Below, one piece after another: positions 1 to 10,630 of a stretch of 64,000 nucleotides of DNA (its first letter is position 1; each line of letters opens with the position of its first letter). The notes below the pieces were generated by a model. The model saw only the letters and a list, made by a program, of their open reading frames with translations. It made no database searches and had not been told where the DNA came from. A program made the translations under genes and the position numbers. Source of the DNA: Bacteroidales bacterium M7 (GTDB taxonomy: Bacteria; Bacteroidota; Bacteroidia; Bacteroidales; Muribaculaceae). The DNA lies in the NCBI GenBank assembly GCA_001689515.1, contig LUJR01000039.1:83544-147543 (forward strand), in the 5' to 3' direction.

Positions 1-1
1 A

Positions 2-964
2 CACGTGACCGATTACAAGCTGTCATCGCTCACGCCCACCAATTATGTGCACTATGTCATACGCGTCCCCAACGATGAGATACGTATCATACGCCCCGGC
101 AACTATCTTCTGAGGGTATTTGATGAAGATGACCGCGACACAACGCTCCTCCAGGCTCGGTTTTATGTGGTAAGCCAAGAGGTCGGCATAGGTGCCGAGG
201 TCACCTCACGCACTGACATCGACACCAACAATGCCCACCAGCAGCTCATAGTCAATGTCAACACTGACAAGGTCAAGGGTGTGGAAAACTACTTTAACGA
301 ATTCAAGCTCGTAGCGATACAAAACGGACGCACTGACAACTCCGTCACCCTGTCACGCCCCTCACGCATTGACGGTCATACGATCGTCTACGACCATGCG
401 CGATCGCTCATCTTCCCCGCCGGTAACGAATACCGACGCTTTGAGACCGTAGCCGACAAGTATCCCGGCATGGGAGTGGACCATATCGTATGGGAAGACC
501 CTTATCCGCATTATGTACTCTATGCCGATGGCTCTCGTCGCTATGACCCCTACCTATACGACCAGACCCAATTCGGGCGCTATGTGGTCAGGAACGATGC
601 TGTATTGGACTCTGATTCGCAAGCCAAATACACCATCGTGCATTTCACTCTTAAAGAGCCACAACGGATTGACGGCGACTATTACATCGAAGGTGACCTC
701 ACCGACCGCCGTTTCAGCCCCGACAACCGTATGGTGTTCAATCCTGATACCCAGGCATATGAAGCTGCATTGCTGCTCAAACAAGGCTCATATAACTATC
801 AATATCTGTTTGTGCCGACAGGCACACAGAAGGGGTTGACCCAAACAGTCGAGGGCGACAAATACGAGACTGTCAACCAATACACCATACTCGTCTACCA
901 CCGAGGTCCGATGGACCGTGCCGACTCGCTAATAGGCGCAGCCACCGTCACATCAGGACTCTGA
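2..964 (+). CDS. 3' portion of a beta-rich protein, tentatively DUF5103 / T9SS plug-protein-like (5' end outside window)
   Basis: The frame is open from the window edge to the stop at 962-964 (track ORF 5..964). The family name rests only on remembered resemblance, not on a search. Confidence 0.6.
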   Translation, partial: HVTDYKLSSLTPTNYVHYVIRVPNDEIRIIRPGNYLLRVFDEDDRDTTLLQARFYVVSQEVGIGAEVTSRTDIDTNNAHQQLIVNVNTDKVKGVENYFNEFKLVAIQNGRTDNSVTLSRPSRIDGHTIVYDHARSLIFPAGNEYRRFETVADKYPGMGVDHIVWEDPYPHYVLYADGSRRYDPYLYDQTQFGRYVVRNDAVLDSDSQAKYTIVHFTLKEPQRIDGDYYIEGDLTDRRFSPDNRMVFNPDTQAYEAALLLKQGSYNYQYLFVPTGTQKGLTQTVEGDKYETVNQYTILVYHRGPMDRADSLIGAATVTSGL

Positions 965-982
965 CAAAATATCCATCCACTA

Positions 983-1582
983 ATGACCGAAAGCCACGAA
1001 GAAATCATGCTTGACATACAAAACGTACTCGTAAGTCTTGATCTCGCCGAGAGATTTTTCTGCTGCGACCTCGACAGCTGCCACGGCGAATGCTGCATAG
1101 AAGGCGATGCCGGAGCACCTATAACCAAGGTGGAATACGAACGGCTCAAACGGCTGACGCACCAGGTCTGGGACAAACTGCTGCCACAGGCACAGGCCGA
1201 GATAGACCGCAGCGGCGTAGGATACATCGACGAGGAGGGCGACCTTGTGACAAGTATCGTAGATGGCAAAAACTGCGTTTTCACCTGTTACGGACCTGAC
1301 GGCATGTGCCAGTGTGCATTGGAAAAAGCATACCGCGAAGGCAAAACTGACTTTCGTAAACCTATCTCCTGTTACCTCTACCCTGTCCGTATTACCGAAT
1401 ACCCCAAATTTACAGCTGTCAACTACCACCGCTGGAAAATATGCCGCCCTGCCGAAAAACTCGGCCGTAAACTCGGCATACGCCTCTACCAGTTCCTCAA
1501 AGAGCCCCTCACCGCCCGCTTCGGAGAAGAATGGTACGCCGAACTCGCCGAGGCCTGCGAAGCCTACCTCGCCGACCGATAG
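983..1582 (+). CDS. DUF3109 family Cys-rich protein
   Basis: 199-aa ORF with cysteine clusters FCCDLDSCHGECCIEGDAGAP and CVFTCYGPDGMCQCALEKA, typical of Bacteroidota DUF3109 proteins. Confidence 0.8.
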   Translation: MTESHEEIMLDIQNVLVSLDLAERFFCCDLDSCHGECCIEGDAGAPITKVEYERLKRLTHQVWDKLLPQAQAEIDRSGVGYIDEEGDLVTSIVDGKNCVFTCYGPDGMCQCALEKAYREGKTDFRKPISCYLYPVRITEYPKFTAVNYHRWKICRPAEKLGRKLGIRLYQFLKEPLTARFGEEWYAELAEACEAYLADR

Positions 1583-1588
1583 CTACGG

Positions 1589-3970
1589 CTACATATAATT
1601 CTGAGGCACAAATATCTCCCAGTCTGATGTATCTCTGGTACCGGTTGCTGGATCAAGACGGCTTGTGGGATAGACCCAGTTACCGAAGCCATCCTTTATG
1701 ATTATGCCACCATGCAGACGTTTGCACAGATTCTCAGGCTTATTGATATAGTCAATAAGCGCGTTATGCTTATACGGTGCTTCTTTATCGCTTTCTTTGG
1801 TCTTAGTATCAAAAAGAAACACATCGCCGTTTTTCATCTTGACGATAAAATCCACATAAAACAATGCTTTTTCGCCATATGAATTGACATATCCGATTGC
1901 ATAATGTGCCTTGCCGCTGTCTCCGTTTTTATACCACCACTCTATAGAATCTCTGTTTCCATTTAAGAAATCAGAAAATTCTTTTTCAGGCGTTGATTTT
2001 CCATCAGACATGTAAGGCTGTAGGGCATGCGTCTCCATATCCTTTATCTCAGCAAATCTGTCTGAGGGATAACTGCGTTCATCCGGGACAAACCAGTCAC
2101 AGTGTTTGAAAGCACGTAGTTTTGCCTCAGCTTGCCGCAATCGCAGCCTGTCGGTGTATTTCTGAATGGATTTGGCTATAAGACGTTCGAATTTAGGGCG
2201 GTTGTGATGCACATTATCATTGGAGAGGATAATCTTCATAGCATCATACTCAACCACCTCAAAGAGTTCTTCCATAACTTCTTTAAGCGCACCGCCCAGC
2301 GTCTTGACACTTCGTCGCTCGTAATCGTTTCCGAGCAAGCGATTGCAGAAAGCGAGATACATGGAAGTGAGGTCAGCCACATTGTTTATATATGTAGCCT
2401 TGCTCTCGATTATCCGGGTGCCGACCTCGCCGGTCATTTCAAGGTCGCGGACAATATCCGTTCCTATATATTTCACATCAAAGCGGATATTGGGATTTGA
2501 CATCGCAGCCTGTCTGTTTCGGTAGGCCACGCTTGTCACATCAGCATATTCTTCGGCATGTCCGCCGTCGCCGAAAAGCATATCTTCGGTGAAAAGCGAC
2601 AACTGACCGCTCTCCAATCCCCACTCGGAGATGAATGTGTCTTTAAGGACTTGCTTAAAGTCAGTGCCGAGACGGTTTCGGTCTGTCGAAAGTCGCTCGC
2701 TGTATTCCGAATCAAGGACGATATTAGTGATTCCGTCGCGGCGTTTGGCTACTATGTTTGAAGCGAGATAATCCATATCGTCCTTGACGATTTCGATTAT
2801 GTCTTTTGAGAGGTTCGTATAGACGTAACCTTGATTGAGCCGTTGGTCGGTGTAATACTTCTGCTCCGGCATTCGCAGTATGCGGCCTACGGTCTGAGCC
2901 GAGAACTGGAAGCTCTCAATCTTGCGGAAGATAAGGAGCACCGCCGCACGGGGACAGTCCCATCCGAGGGCGATAGCTTGCTTGAAAAGCAACACTTCGG
3001 TAGGGTCGTTCGGACGGTCTATCATATCGAGGTTGTCGGATTTCTCTCCCGACAGCCATATGCCGAGCTTGCCGTTGGCGGTGCTGACACCGTAGGCATC
3101 GAGGGTGGCTATAATCTCGTCCTTGACTTTAGTATCGTCAGCGGTGAGGTTTTCGCTCGTATCGTTGGGGAGCTGAATCAGCAACAGCGGATTTATGTCA
3201 ACGCCAAGATCCTTATAGGCTTTGGCAAGCTCCTCACGCTTTTGCATGGCGAGCCAGATTAGATGCTGATTAAGCGAGCCGTGAGGATCTGTGAAATTGA
3301 GAGCCGGATTCAGGACGATGTTCTCCTTAATCATCTCTTCTTCAATGACATTTTCGCGAGGCACCTCAACACGCTGTCCTTCTCTCGGTAGAGGAGTCGC
3401 TGACACACGGATTTCAACTTTTGGCTGAATAGTGGCGAGCACCTTTTCCGACTTCTTGGCGTTCTTGCCGCCAAACATATGTTCCTCGTCAATCACAAGC
3501 ACGATAGGTATGCCGTTATCGTCTTGTGTACGGCGAGTAATATCATAGAGCGAGGAAGAGTTCTCGGTTTCGCGCACCATCAGGTTCTTATCCTTGTTGA
3601 TGCTCTCCCAGTTGACAAAGAGAATCTCGCCCGGCTTGATGAATCCGTCGGCGGAGTGGTCGAGTTCATCATAAATAACAGGACGCAGGGCGCAGCTCTC
3701 TGTGAAGTAGTTCTTCATCTTGAAGTAGCTTTGCTCATGCAGTTTGTTTGGGGCAATCCAAATATATGCTACTTCTGTGTATGGAGCATCGGGGCGCTCG
3801 GTCAATTCCTGATTAAGCCGCATAAGCATCTCCGATGCCATCACGGTTTTGCCGGAGCCGGTGGGCGACTTGAAAACGAGGGTGTGGCGGTTTCCACGCA
3901 GACCGAGCAGGTCAATGGTCTTGTTGACAAGCTCGTCTACGGCTTTTTGCTGATAGCGTATCTGTTTCAT
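1589..3970 (-). CDS. res: Type III restriction enzyme, Res subunit (SF2 helicase plus C-terminal nuclease)
   Basis: Walker A KSPTGSGKT, DEAH-like box LVIDEEH, and a C-terminal PD-(D/E)xK-like motif VDFIVKMKNGDVFLFDTKTK. The ATG overlaps the mod stop (ATGA). AAAGGAGG lies 6 nt upstream. Confidence 0.9.
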   Translation of the reverse strand: MKQIRYQQKAVDELVNKTIDLLGLRGNRHTLVFKSPTGSGKTVMASEMLMRLNQELTERPDAPYTEVAYIWIAPNKLHEQSYFKMKNYFTESCALRPVIYDELDHSADGFIKPGEILFVNWESINKDKNLMVRETENSSSLYDITRRTQDDNGIPIVLVIDEEHMFGGKNAKKSEKVLATIQPKVEIRVSATPLPREGQRVEVPRENVIEEEMIKENIVLNPALNFTDPHGSLNQHLIWLAMQKREELAKAYKDLGVDINPLLLIQLPNDTSENLTADDTKVKDEIIATLDAYGVSTANGKLGIWLSGEKSDNLDMIDRPNDPTEVLLFKQAIALGWDCPRAAVLLIFRKIESFQFSAQTVGRILRMPEQKYYTDQRLNQGYVYTNLSKDIIEIVKDDMDYLASNIVAKRRDGITNIVLDSEYSERLSTDRNRLGTDFKQVLKDTFISEWGLESGQLSLFTEDMLFGDGGHAEEYADVTSVAYRNRQAAMSNPNIRFDVKYIGTDIVRDLEMTGEVGTRIIESKATYINNVADLTSMYLAFCNRLLGNDYERRSVKTLGGALKEVMEELFEVVEYDAMKIILSNDNVHHNRPKFERLIAKSIQKYTDRLRLRQAEAKLRAFKHCDWFVPDERSYPSDRFAEIKDMETHALQPYMSDGKSTPEKEFSDFLNGNRDSIEWWYKNGDSGKAHYAIGYVNSYGEKALFYVDFIVKMKNGDVFLFDTKTKESDKEAPYKHNALIDYINKPENLCKRLHGGIIIKDGFGNWVYPTSRLDPATGTRDTSDWEIFVPQNYM

Positions 3971-5913
3971 TCGTCGCCTCCTTTCTCATTGTCAAAATCC
4001 CAAAGACCTGCGGTTTCTTGCTGTTCATTTTCCACGATTTCTTCCACCAAATCATCAACGAGGAATTTGGGTTTGCGCTTCGGCAGCACTTTTTGGTAAG
4101 CATCGTATATGGCTTGCGGCAGAGCGCACAGCGTCACGCGGTCGGCCACATCTGCAAATTCATCGTCATAGGCGTAGCTGCCATGCGAGAAAACATATAC
4201 CTTGATTTTCTCGCTCTCCGGCATTGTCTTGATAATGTCGGCAATGAACGGTATCGCCCTTTCTTCATAGACTACAAGCATACGCCGTCCGGCATTCTCG
4301 AAGTAACGGGCATACTTAGGATTCATCTTGCGGACACCAAACGGTGCTTCCGTATAGAGGTCGTTCTTGATGCAGAGCAGACCCGTTGAAGCCTTAACAA
4401 GTTCGCGCATATTTTTCACTGAGCGTTCGCGAGGCAAAAATTCGGTCCGATAGTAACGCAGATTGTTATCGGCAAGTCCTGCTACTTTGCCATATCCATT
4501 TATAGCGTTTACAAGTCTGGGATATGTTATATCTTCACATATTTTATTCTCATTGCTTGTTGCAATGATGGCTATTCGTTTACCTCCGTCAGATTCATTG
4601 AGAGCCATAACGGCGTGTGCAGTTGAGCCTGACCCGGCAAAGAAGTCAAGTATAACACAATCGTCAGATGGGCACATCTCAATAATTCTCCGAATTAGGG
4701 CGATTGGTTTTTTACCAGCTGGGAATGGCACAGCACCTTCCTTTGAAACAGAAGACCAGCTTAAATCGCTCCATAACGTTCCAATTTTTTCAAGTTTGAA
4801 TACACCGTGAGGCGTAATTTGGCAAGTGTGTTTAAGATAACTTACAAGCCGTTTTGTGCTTCCTATGAAACCGACTTCTATTAACTTGCCTTTATTACGG
4901 CCACTTACAGGCCTATACTCTGCTATATACAAACCATCTCCATCGACAGCGTCTGCAACTCGTGTTCGTATTGAAGTCTGTGCATTTTCCGTTGTAAATA
5001 TACGGTCAATATATTCAGTGTAAATTTCTTTTTCGCTTTTATTTTGTTTTTTAGCCAAAGCACTAACGCTCTGAATCTCGAAATCAGAAACTTCATAAAT
5101 ATTTATATCATCGCCATTGCCTGCCTTAATGGTGGTAATATAATGTTTAGTGCCAGGCTTCGTCATTACGTTAGTATAAGACCATGTAATGCCCTTTTCT
5201 CGTTTTTCTTCAATATATTCCATAAGTGGAGTTGAAGAAACCGGGAAAACAATATCTGCTTGACTAAGATTATTTGAGTAAATCAGAAGATACTCAATAT
5301 TCTTTTTCAATTTTTTATCTTCACCACCGCCGGAAGCACCAGAAGAAGCTTTTGCCTTGATAGACACGCAGTTTAAGAAATTATTTGAACCAAATATTTC
5401 ATCGCATAACATTCTTAAAGCTGACTGTTCATTATCATCAATAGAGATGAAAATTAAGCCATTAGGCGTGAGCAATGATTTAGCAATTTTCAGACGTTTA
5501 GACATGAAACATAGCCACTTTGAATGTCTGAACTCATCGTCTAAATCTACATATTTATCGTTGTAGATAAAGTCCTTGTTGCCAGTGTTGTAAGGAGGGT
5601 CGATATAGATTACATCAATTTTGCCAGCGTGGGTATATGACAGTTCGGTGAGGGCGGCGAGGTTGTCGCCTTCGATTATGAGGTGGTTGGGTGCATCGGG
5701 ATTATCAGAGATAATCGGATGCACTTTATCGTCGTTGCGTTCGACGAGTACGGGCAGGTCTTCCCGAAGGCGTTCCTCGATGTCTTCGGGCTTGTCTTCC
5801 CATACAAGGCCGTATTTTTTATGGCCGCGTATCAATTCGAGCAGCGCGGTTTTTTCCTCGTTGCTCAAACCGTCAAGGGCTTGTATCTTTCGAGCAAGTT
5901 CTGTCTTGTTCAT
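3967..5913 (-). CDS. mod: Type III R-M DNA methyltransferase, Mod subunit (beta-class, N6-A/N4-C type)
   Basis: Motif IV (DPPYNTG) precedes motif I (FFAGSGSTAHA). The central region, the expected target-recognition domain, is AT-rich. The track ORF extends to a TTG at 5937; the first ATG (MNKTELARK) is at 5913. Confidence 0.9.
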   Translation of the reverse strand: MNKTELARKIQALDGLSNEEKTALLELIRGHKKYGLVWEDKPEDIEERLREDLPVLVERNDDKVHPIISDNPDAPNHLIIEGDNLAALTELSYTHAGKIDVIYIDPPYNTGNKDFIYNDKYVDLDDEFRHSKWLCFMSKRLKIAKSLLTPNGLIFISIDDNEQSALRMLCDEIFGSNNFLNCVSIKAKASSGASGGGEDKKLKKNIEYLLIYSNNLSQADIVFPVSSTPLMEYIEEKREKGITWSYTNVMTKPGTKHYITTIKAGNGDDINIYEVSDFEIQSVSALAKKQNKSEKEIYTEYIDRIFTTENAQTSIRTRVADAVDGDGLYIAEYRPVSGRNKGKLIEVGFIGSTKRLVSYLKHTCQITPHGVFKLEKIGTLWSDLSWSSVSKEGAVPFPAGKKPIALIRRIIEMCPSDDCVILDFFAGSGSTAHAVMALNESDGGKRIAIIATSNENKICEDITYPRLVNAINGYGKVAGLADNNLRYYRTEFLPRERSVKNMRELVKASTGLLCIKNDLYTEAPFGVRKMNPKYARYFENAGRRMLVVYEERAIPFIADIIKTMPESEKIKVYVFSHGSYAYDDEFADVADRVTLCALPQAIYDAYQKVLPKRKPKFLVDDLVEEIVENEQQETAGLWDFDNEKGGDE

Positions 5914-5956
5914 GGCGACTTGCCAAATCGTCGCCAATACCCCTATGCGACGTATT

Positions 5957-6048
5957 AATAAAAAAGGAGTGGGTATCTGTACCGTTGCTCATTCAGGCTC
6001 TGAGGTTGTGGCGACCTAATCCATTGAATGAGTGTCACAGAGACCCAC
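5957..6048 (-). promoter_or_regulatory. Terminator-like hairpin plus T6 inside the leader of mod
   Basis: The outer stem pairs 5969-5980 with 6037-6048 (11 of 12 bp). The inner stem pairs 5988-5995 with 6026-6033 (8 bp). On the minus strand the hairpin is followed by TCC and TTTTTT (plus-strand A-run 5960-5965), about 45 nt before the mod ATG. Confidence 0.4.
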
Positions 6049-6272
6049 GCCTATGCAGATACCTCAAACTCACTCCATGCCGGTTAAGGCACAGAATGAG
6101 CCGGATAGGTAAATACATACCCGTGGGCGTCTATCACTACTTCATTCTTGATGGATTATAAAAATTGCCACATTTCAGAACCCAAGAATAAAGCGCGAGT
6201 AAACGCCTTTTATTTAAAATAGCCTCCCGCCTCGCTTCCTCTCTTGGAAGACGCACGGCGTGAGTCTTGATG

Positions 6273-6280
6273 CAAATTTA
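6273..6280 (-). promoter_or_regulatory. Candidate Bacteroidota -7 box (TAAATTTG) for the mod-res operon
   Basis: The reverse complement of caaattta matches TAnnTTTG. If used, it implies a leader of about 350 nt. Confidence 0.35.
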
Positions 6281-6333
6281 TAGATTTTTATTAAAAAGTA
6301 AACCGCCAAATAGACTTATTTTGCAATTATCGT

Positions 6334-6341
6334 TAATTTTG
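6334..6341 (+). promoter_or_regulatory. Candidate -7 box (TAATTTTG) for the flippase gene
   Basis: Matches TAnnTTTG 22 nt upstream of the ATG at 6363. Confidence 0.45.
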
Positions 6342-6362
6342 TGACAAATCCAATCACAATAG

Positions 6363-7676
6363 ATGAATCGTAGCTATCATAGGAAACTTATAGGGGACAG
6401 TCTGTGGCTTTATGCGCGGATGGGGGTCCTGATGGTGCTCAATCTGTGGACGGTGCGTCTGCTGGTTGAGGCTATGGGAGTTGACGGCTATGGGGCATGG
6501 AGTCTGGTGGTGAGCGTGGTGCTGGTGTGGTCGTTTCTCTGCGATATTGTCGGAGATGCCATCATGCGCTATGTCAGCGTGGCTTTGGGACGCGGAGACG
6601 GCGAGAAACGGCTGTCATCTATATTTAAGGTGTTCACGAGGCTATATATATCAGCTGACCTGATTATGGTGATTATGGCATCTACCATAGGATATCTGTG
6701 GCTGGCATATGAGGCTGATATAGCCACGGAGGACAAGACCGTGGTCATGCAGACATTTTTCATTGTCATCGCGATGCAGATGGTCAAGGCTCTTAATGTG
6801 CCGTTTTTGTCATATCTTGTTGCCAAGGAGAAATTTCGCAAATATGTCCTGCTGTCGCTTGCCGAAGGGATTGGCACCTTTGGTACAGCATGGGTGCTGA
6901 CATACATGCCTCAATCTTCCGCACTTATCAACTATGCGTGGATGCTGGTAGTGGTGGAAGCTGCCATATTAATCACATATATTATATGTTGCCGCAGCGA
7001 GATCGCCTTCCGATTATCGTGGCGGCTTGACGATGATGACCTCCGACTGATGCACGAAAGCGTCAGATACATAGTATGGCTGATTATCGGAGGGGCAGCC
7101 GTCATCGTGTGGACGCAGGGGATGAACATTGCCGTCAACAGCATGTATGGTATCGAAGCCACAGCGGCATGCGCCATTGCAATGGGACTTCTGACGCGAC
7201 TACGCGGGTTTTGTGCCAACGTCCAGCGTGCCGTGCAACCACGGCTGATGAAACTCTATAGTTCAGGGAACAAAAGGGCTCTGACGACATTGCTTCGTGA
7301 CTATCTCATCATATCGTTTGCAATAATCTCAGCGATATGCGTGCCACTATATATCTATGCCCCAGAGTTGTTGAGCTTATGGTTGACAACCGTACCACCG
7401 ATGACAGTAGCTATGACACGAGTTGTCATCCTGTCGGCATGGATTGTTATTTTTGAAGTGCCACTCAACGCCATAATCCACGCATCGGGTCGCATAAAGA
7501 AGTTCGAGATAGCCGAGGGCAGTGTCTTACTGATGATAGTGCCCATCTTTTGCCTGACATCCATACTGACAGGAGCAGACGCAGTGACAGCCTTTGCCTC
7601 ACAGTTAGCCGTAATAGCCATTGCATTAGCCATCCGCGCCACCGTAGCAAGCAGATTCATTCACACTCTGAGATGA
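6363..7676 (+). CDS. Polytopic membrane protein, MOP/Wzx-like oligosaccharide flippase family
   Basis: 437 aa with many hydrophobic helices. The N-terminus resembles polysaccharide-biosynthesis flippases. Confidence 0.7.
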   Translation: MNRSYHRKLIGDSLWLYARMGVLMVLNLWTVRLLVEAMGVDGYGAWSLVVSVVLVWSFLCDIVGDAIMRYVSVALGRGDGEKRLSSIFKVFTRLYISADLIMVIMASTIGYLWLAYEADIATEDKTVVMQTFFIVIAMQMVKALNVPFLSYLVAKEKFRKYVLLSLAEGIGTFGTAWVLTYMPQSSALINYAWMLVVVEAAILITYIICCRSEIAFRLSWRLDDDDLRLMHESVRYIVWLIIGGAAVIVWTQGMNIAVNSMYGIEATAACAIAMGLLTRLRGFCANVQRAVQPRLMKLYSSGNKRALTTLLRDYLIISFAIISAICVPLYIYAPELLSLWLTTVPPMTVAMTRVVILSAWIVIFEVPLNAIIHASGRIKKFEIAEGSVLLMIVPIFCLTSILTGADAVTAFASQLAVIAIALAIRATVASRFIHTLR

Positions 7677-7736
7677 AGCAAAACCATTTTGGCATGTGGT
7701 TTGTTAGTTTTTCAGTAACAAGTCACACTCTTCATC

Positions 7737-10328
7737 ATGAATTTCAACAATTTTACCATTAAGTCTCAGGAGGCAATCCAGAAGGCTGTCGACATCGCCA
7801 AAGGCAACGGACAGCAGTCTATCGAACCCGTCCACCTGCTTAAGGGAGTAATGACCGAGGGAGACTCCCTGATAAAGTTCCTGTTTCAGAAAGTAGGAGC
7901 CAACCTGTCACTCTTATCTGACAGGGTTGACAATGCTATCGCATCTCTGCCAAAGGTCAGCGGAGGTGAGCCCTATCTGAGCCGCGAGTCTAACGATGTG
8001 CTCCAGAAAGCACTCGATGTATCCAAGAAACTTGGCGACCAGTATGTCACACTCGAAGCCCTGTTGACTGCCATCTATCAGGTCAGCAGTCCGGCATCGA
8101 CCATTCTCAAGGACATGGGTCTCAACGAAAAAGAGCTTGAGGCCGCCATCAATGAGCTCCGTAAGGGCAAAAAAGCCACCGACCAGAGCGCAGAGGACAC
8201 TTACAATGCACTCAGCAAGTACGCCATCAACCTCAACGAACGCGCCCGCTCGGGCAAACTCGATCCTGTCATCGGGCGTGACGAGGAGATACGTCGCGTG
8301 CTCCAGATTCTTAGCCGACGCACCAAAAACAACCCGATGCTCATAGGCGAACCCGGTACCGGTAAGACCGCCATCGCCGAGGGACTTGCTCAGCGAATAG
8401 TACGCGGTGACGTTCCCGAAAACCTCCGCACCAAGCAGATTTTCTCGCTTGACATGGGTGCCCTCGTGGCCGGTGCAAAATATAAAGGCGAATTTGAGGA
8501 ACGACTCAAAGCCATCGTCAACGAAGTAACACAGAGCGATGGCGAAATCATCCTCTTCATCGACGAAATACACACCCTCGTAGGTGCCGGAAAGGGCGAA
8601 GGCGCCATGGATGCCGCAAACATCCTCAAACCGGCCCTGGCACGTGGCGAGCTCCGCAGCATAGGTGCCACCACCCTTGACGAGTACCAGAAATATTTTG
8701 AAAAGGACAAGGCACTCGAACGCCGATTCCAGAAAGTTATGGTCAACGAGCCTGACGAAGCAAGCGCCATCGCCATACTCCGCGGCCTGAAAGAGCGTTA
8801 CGAGAACCACCACAAAGTCCGCATCCGTGACGAGGCGATTATCGCAGCCGTGACCCTCTCGGAGCGTTATATCACCGACCGTTTCCTCCCCGACAAGGCC
8901 ATCGACCTCATAGATGAGGCAGCGTCTAAGCTGCGTCTGGAAACCGACTCCGTGCCCCAGGCCATTGATGACATCACACGTCAGATAGCACAGAAGGAGA
9001 TAGAACGCGAGGCCATCAAGCGCGAGGGCGACGAGGCCAAGGTCAAGGAGATAGAAAAAGAACTTGCCGCTATGCGCGAGGAAGAATCGGAATACACTGC
9101 CAAGTGGAAAGCCGAAAAAGACCTCATCAACCGCATACAGCAGAACAAGATAGACATAGAGCAGCTCAACTTCGAGGCTGACAAGGCCGAACGTGACGGC
9201 GACTATGCACGAGTAGCCGAAATCCGTTACAGCCAGATTCAGCAGAAGGAGAAGGAAATCACCGAAATCCAGGAACAGCTGAAAATGATGCAGGGCGACA
9301 AAGCTCTCATCAAAGAGGAAGTGGATTCGGAAGATATTGCCGACGTGGTATCTCGCTGGACAGGAATCCCTGTCAACAAGATGGTACAGAGCGAGAAGGA
9401 AAAACTGCTCCATCTTGAGGCCGAACTCCACAACCGTGTAGTAGGCCAGGACGAAGCCATAGCAGCCATAGCTGATGCCGTTCGCCGCAGCCGCGCAGGC
9501 CTGAATGACCCACGCCGCCCTATCGGCTCGTTCATCTTCCTCGGCACTACAGGTGTCGGCAAGACTGAGCTTGCCAAGGCGTTGGCCGAGTACCTGTTTG
9601 ACGACGAGAACATGATGACCCGTATCGACATGAGCGAGTATCAGGAGAAACACGCTGTGAGCCGACTCGTCGGAGCGCCTCCCGGATACGTCGGTTATGA
9701 CGAGGGAGGCCAGCTGACCGAGGCCGTGCGTCGCAAACCATACTCCGTGGTGCTGTTTGATGAAATCGAGAAAGCACATCCCGATGTATTCAATATCCTC
9801 TTGCAGGTGCTTGACGATGGCCGTCTGACCGACAACAAGGGCCGTCTGGTCAACTTCAAGAACACCATCATAATCATGACCTCCAACATGGGGTCAAACG
9901 TAATCCGCGAGAATCTCGCCGGTCTTACACCCGAGAATCGTGAGGAGAAGATTGAAGGCACCAAAGAGCAGGTACTGGAGATGCTTAAACAGACCATCCG
10001 TCCCGAGTTCCTCAACCGTATCGACGAAATCATCATGTTCACTCCGCTTAACGAGGCTGAAATCGAAGAAATCGTCGGGCTACAGATTCAGAGCATCAAG
10101 AAGATGCTTGCCAACAACGGCGTGACACTCAAGGTCACCCCCGAGGCTGTCAAGCTCCTCGCACGCGAAGGCTATGATCCCGAGTTCGGTGCCCGTCCTG
10201 TCAAGCGAGTAATCCACCGTCAGGTCCTCAACCGCCTCTCCAAGGACATCCTCGCCCAGAAAGTCGACAAGGACAAACCCATAGTCATCGACGTAGACAC
10301 CGACGACAACCTCGTCTTCACCAACTGA
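7737..10328 (+). CDS. clpB: ATP-dependent chaperone ClpB
   Basis: 863 aa with two AAA+ modules (GEPGTGKT and GTTGVGKT), a middle coiled-coil region, and a Clp N-domain. Confidence 0.97.
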   Translation: MNFNNFTIKSQEAIQKAVDIAKGNGQQSIEPVHLLKGVMTEGDSLIKFLFQKVGANLSLLSDRVDNAIASLPKVSGGEPYLSRESNDVLQKALDVSKKLGDQYVTLEALLTAIYQVSSPASTILKDMGLNEKELEAAINELRKGKKATDQSAEDTYNALSKYAINLNERARSGKLDPVIGRDEEIRRVLQILSRRTKNNPMLIGEPGTGKTAIAEGLAQRIVRGDVPENLRTKQIFSLDMGALVAGAKYKGEFEERLKAIVNEVTQSDGEIILFIDEIHTLVGAGKGEGAMDAANILKPALARGELRSIGATTLDEYQKYFEKDKALERRFQKVMVNEPDEASAIAILRGLKERYENHHKVRIRDEAIIAAVTLSERYITDRFLPDKAIDLIDEAASKLRLETDSVPQAIDDITRQIAQKEIEREAIKREGDEAKVKEIEKELAAMREEESEYTAKWKAEKDLINRIQQNKIDIEQLNFEADKAERDGDYARVAEIRYSQIQQKEKEITEIQEQLKMMQGDKALIKEEVDSEDIADVVSRWTGIPVNKMVQSEKEKLLHLEAELHNRVVGQDEAIAAIADAVRRSRAGLNDPRRPIGSFIFLGTTGVGKTELAKALAEYLFDDENMMTRIDMSEYQEKHAVSRLVGAPPGYVGYDEGGQLTEAVRRKPYSVVLFDEIEKAHPDVFNILLQVLDDGRLTDNKGRLVNFKNTIIIMTSNMGSNVIRENLAGLTPENREEKIEGTKEQVLEMLKQTIRPEFLNRIDEIIMFTPLNEAEIEEIVGLQIQSIKKMLANNGVTLKVTPEAVKLLAREGYDPEFGARPVKRVIHRQVLNRLSKDILAQKVDKDKPIVIDVDTDDNLVFTN

Positions 10329-10341
10329 TCCCCCACTCCAT

Positions 10342-10384
10342 AAAAAAGCGTTGGCAGCCCTCTAAGAGCTGCCAACGCTTTTTT
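10342..10384. terminator. Bidirectional intrinsic terminator after clpB
   Basis: A 16-bp stem, aaaaagcgttggcagc / gctgccaacgcttttt, flanked by an A-run and a T-run. Confidence 0.75.
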
Positions 10385-10409
10385 CATCCCCACATGTGCT
10401 ATGGGAAGT

Positions 10410-10610
10410 TTACTCTTTCTGTTTCTTGGTGGCGTACATGGTGAGATAAAGACCCACGGCGGTAGATGAAAGTATCATCGGCAGGTTGGTATTGTCATAG
10501 AAAATCGCCTGTATCAACCAATACACGCCGCATAGAGCCGATATTATCCCGGCGACCAAACAAATTGATTTGCCAGTTACAACGATGCGACTGTTTTTCC
10601 TGATTTCCAT
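10410..10610 (-). CDS. Small membrane protein (2 predicted TM helices)
   Basis: 66-aa ORF with two hydrophobic segments and a KKQKE tail. No homology was recognised. Confidence 0.45.
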   Translation of the reverse strand: MEIRKNSRIVVTGKSICLVAGIISALCGVYWLIQAIFYDNTNLPMILSSTAVGLYLTMYATKKQKE

Positions 10611-10630
10611 AACGGCAGTTTTGAATTATT

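Noticed and set aside
7914-9779. A 621-aa ORF on the minus strand, the longest unassigned ORF in the track.
   Set aside because: It lies entirely antisense to the unmistakable clpB gene. Its translation is low-complexity (runs of L, F, V, G) with no motifs. It is a typical shadow ORF. The same applies to the other antisense ORFs in clpB, tamB (for example 36795-37500), dcp, GH31, mutAB and the tape measure gene.
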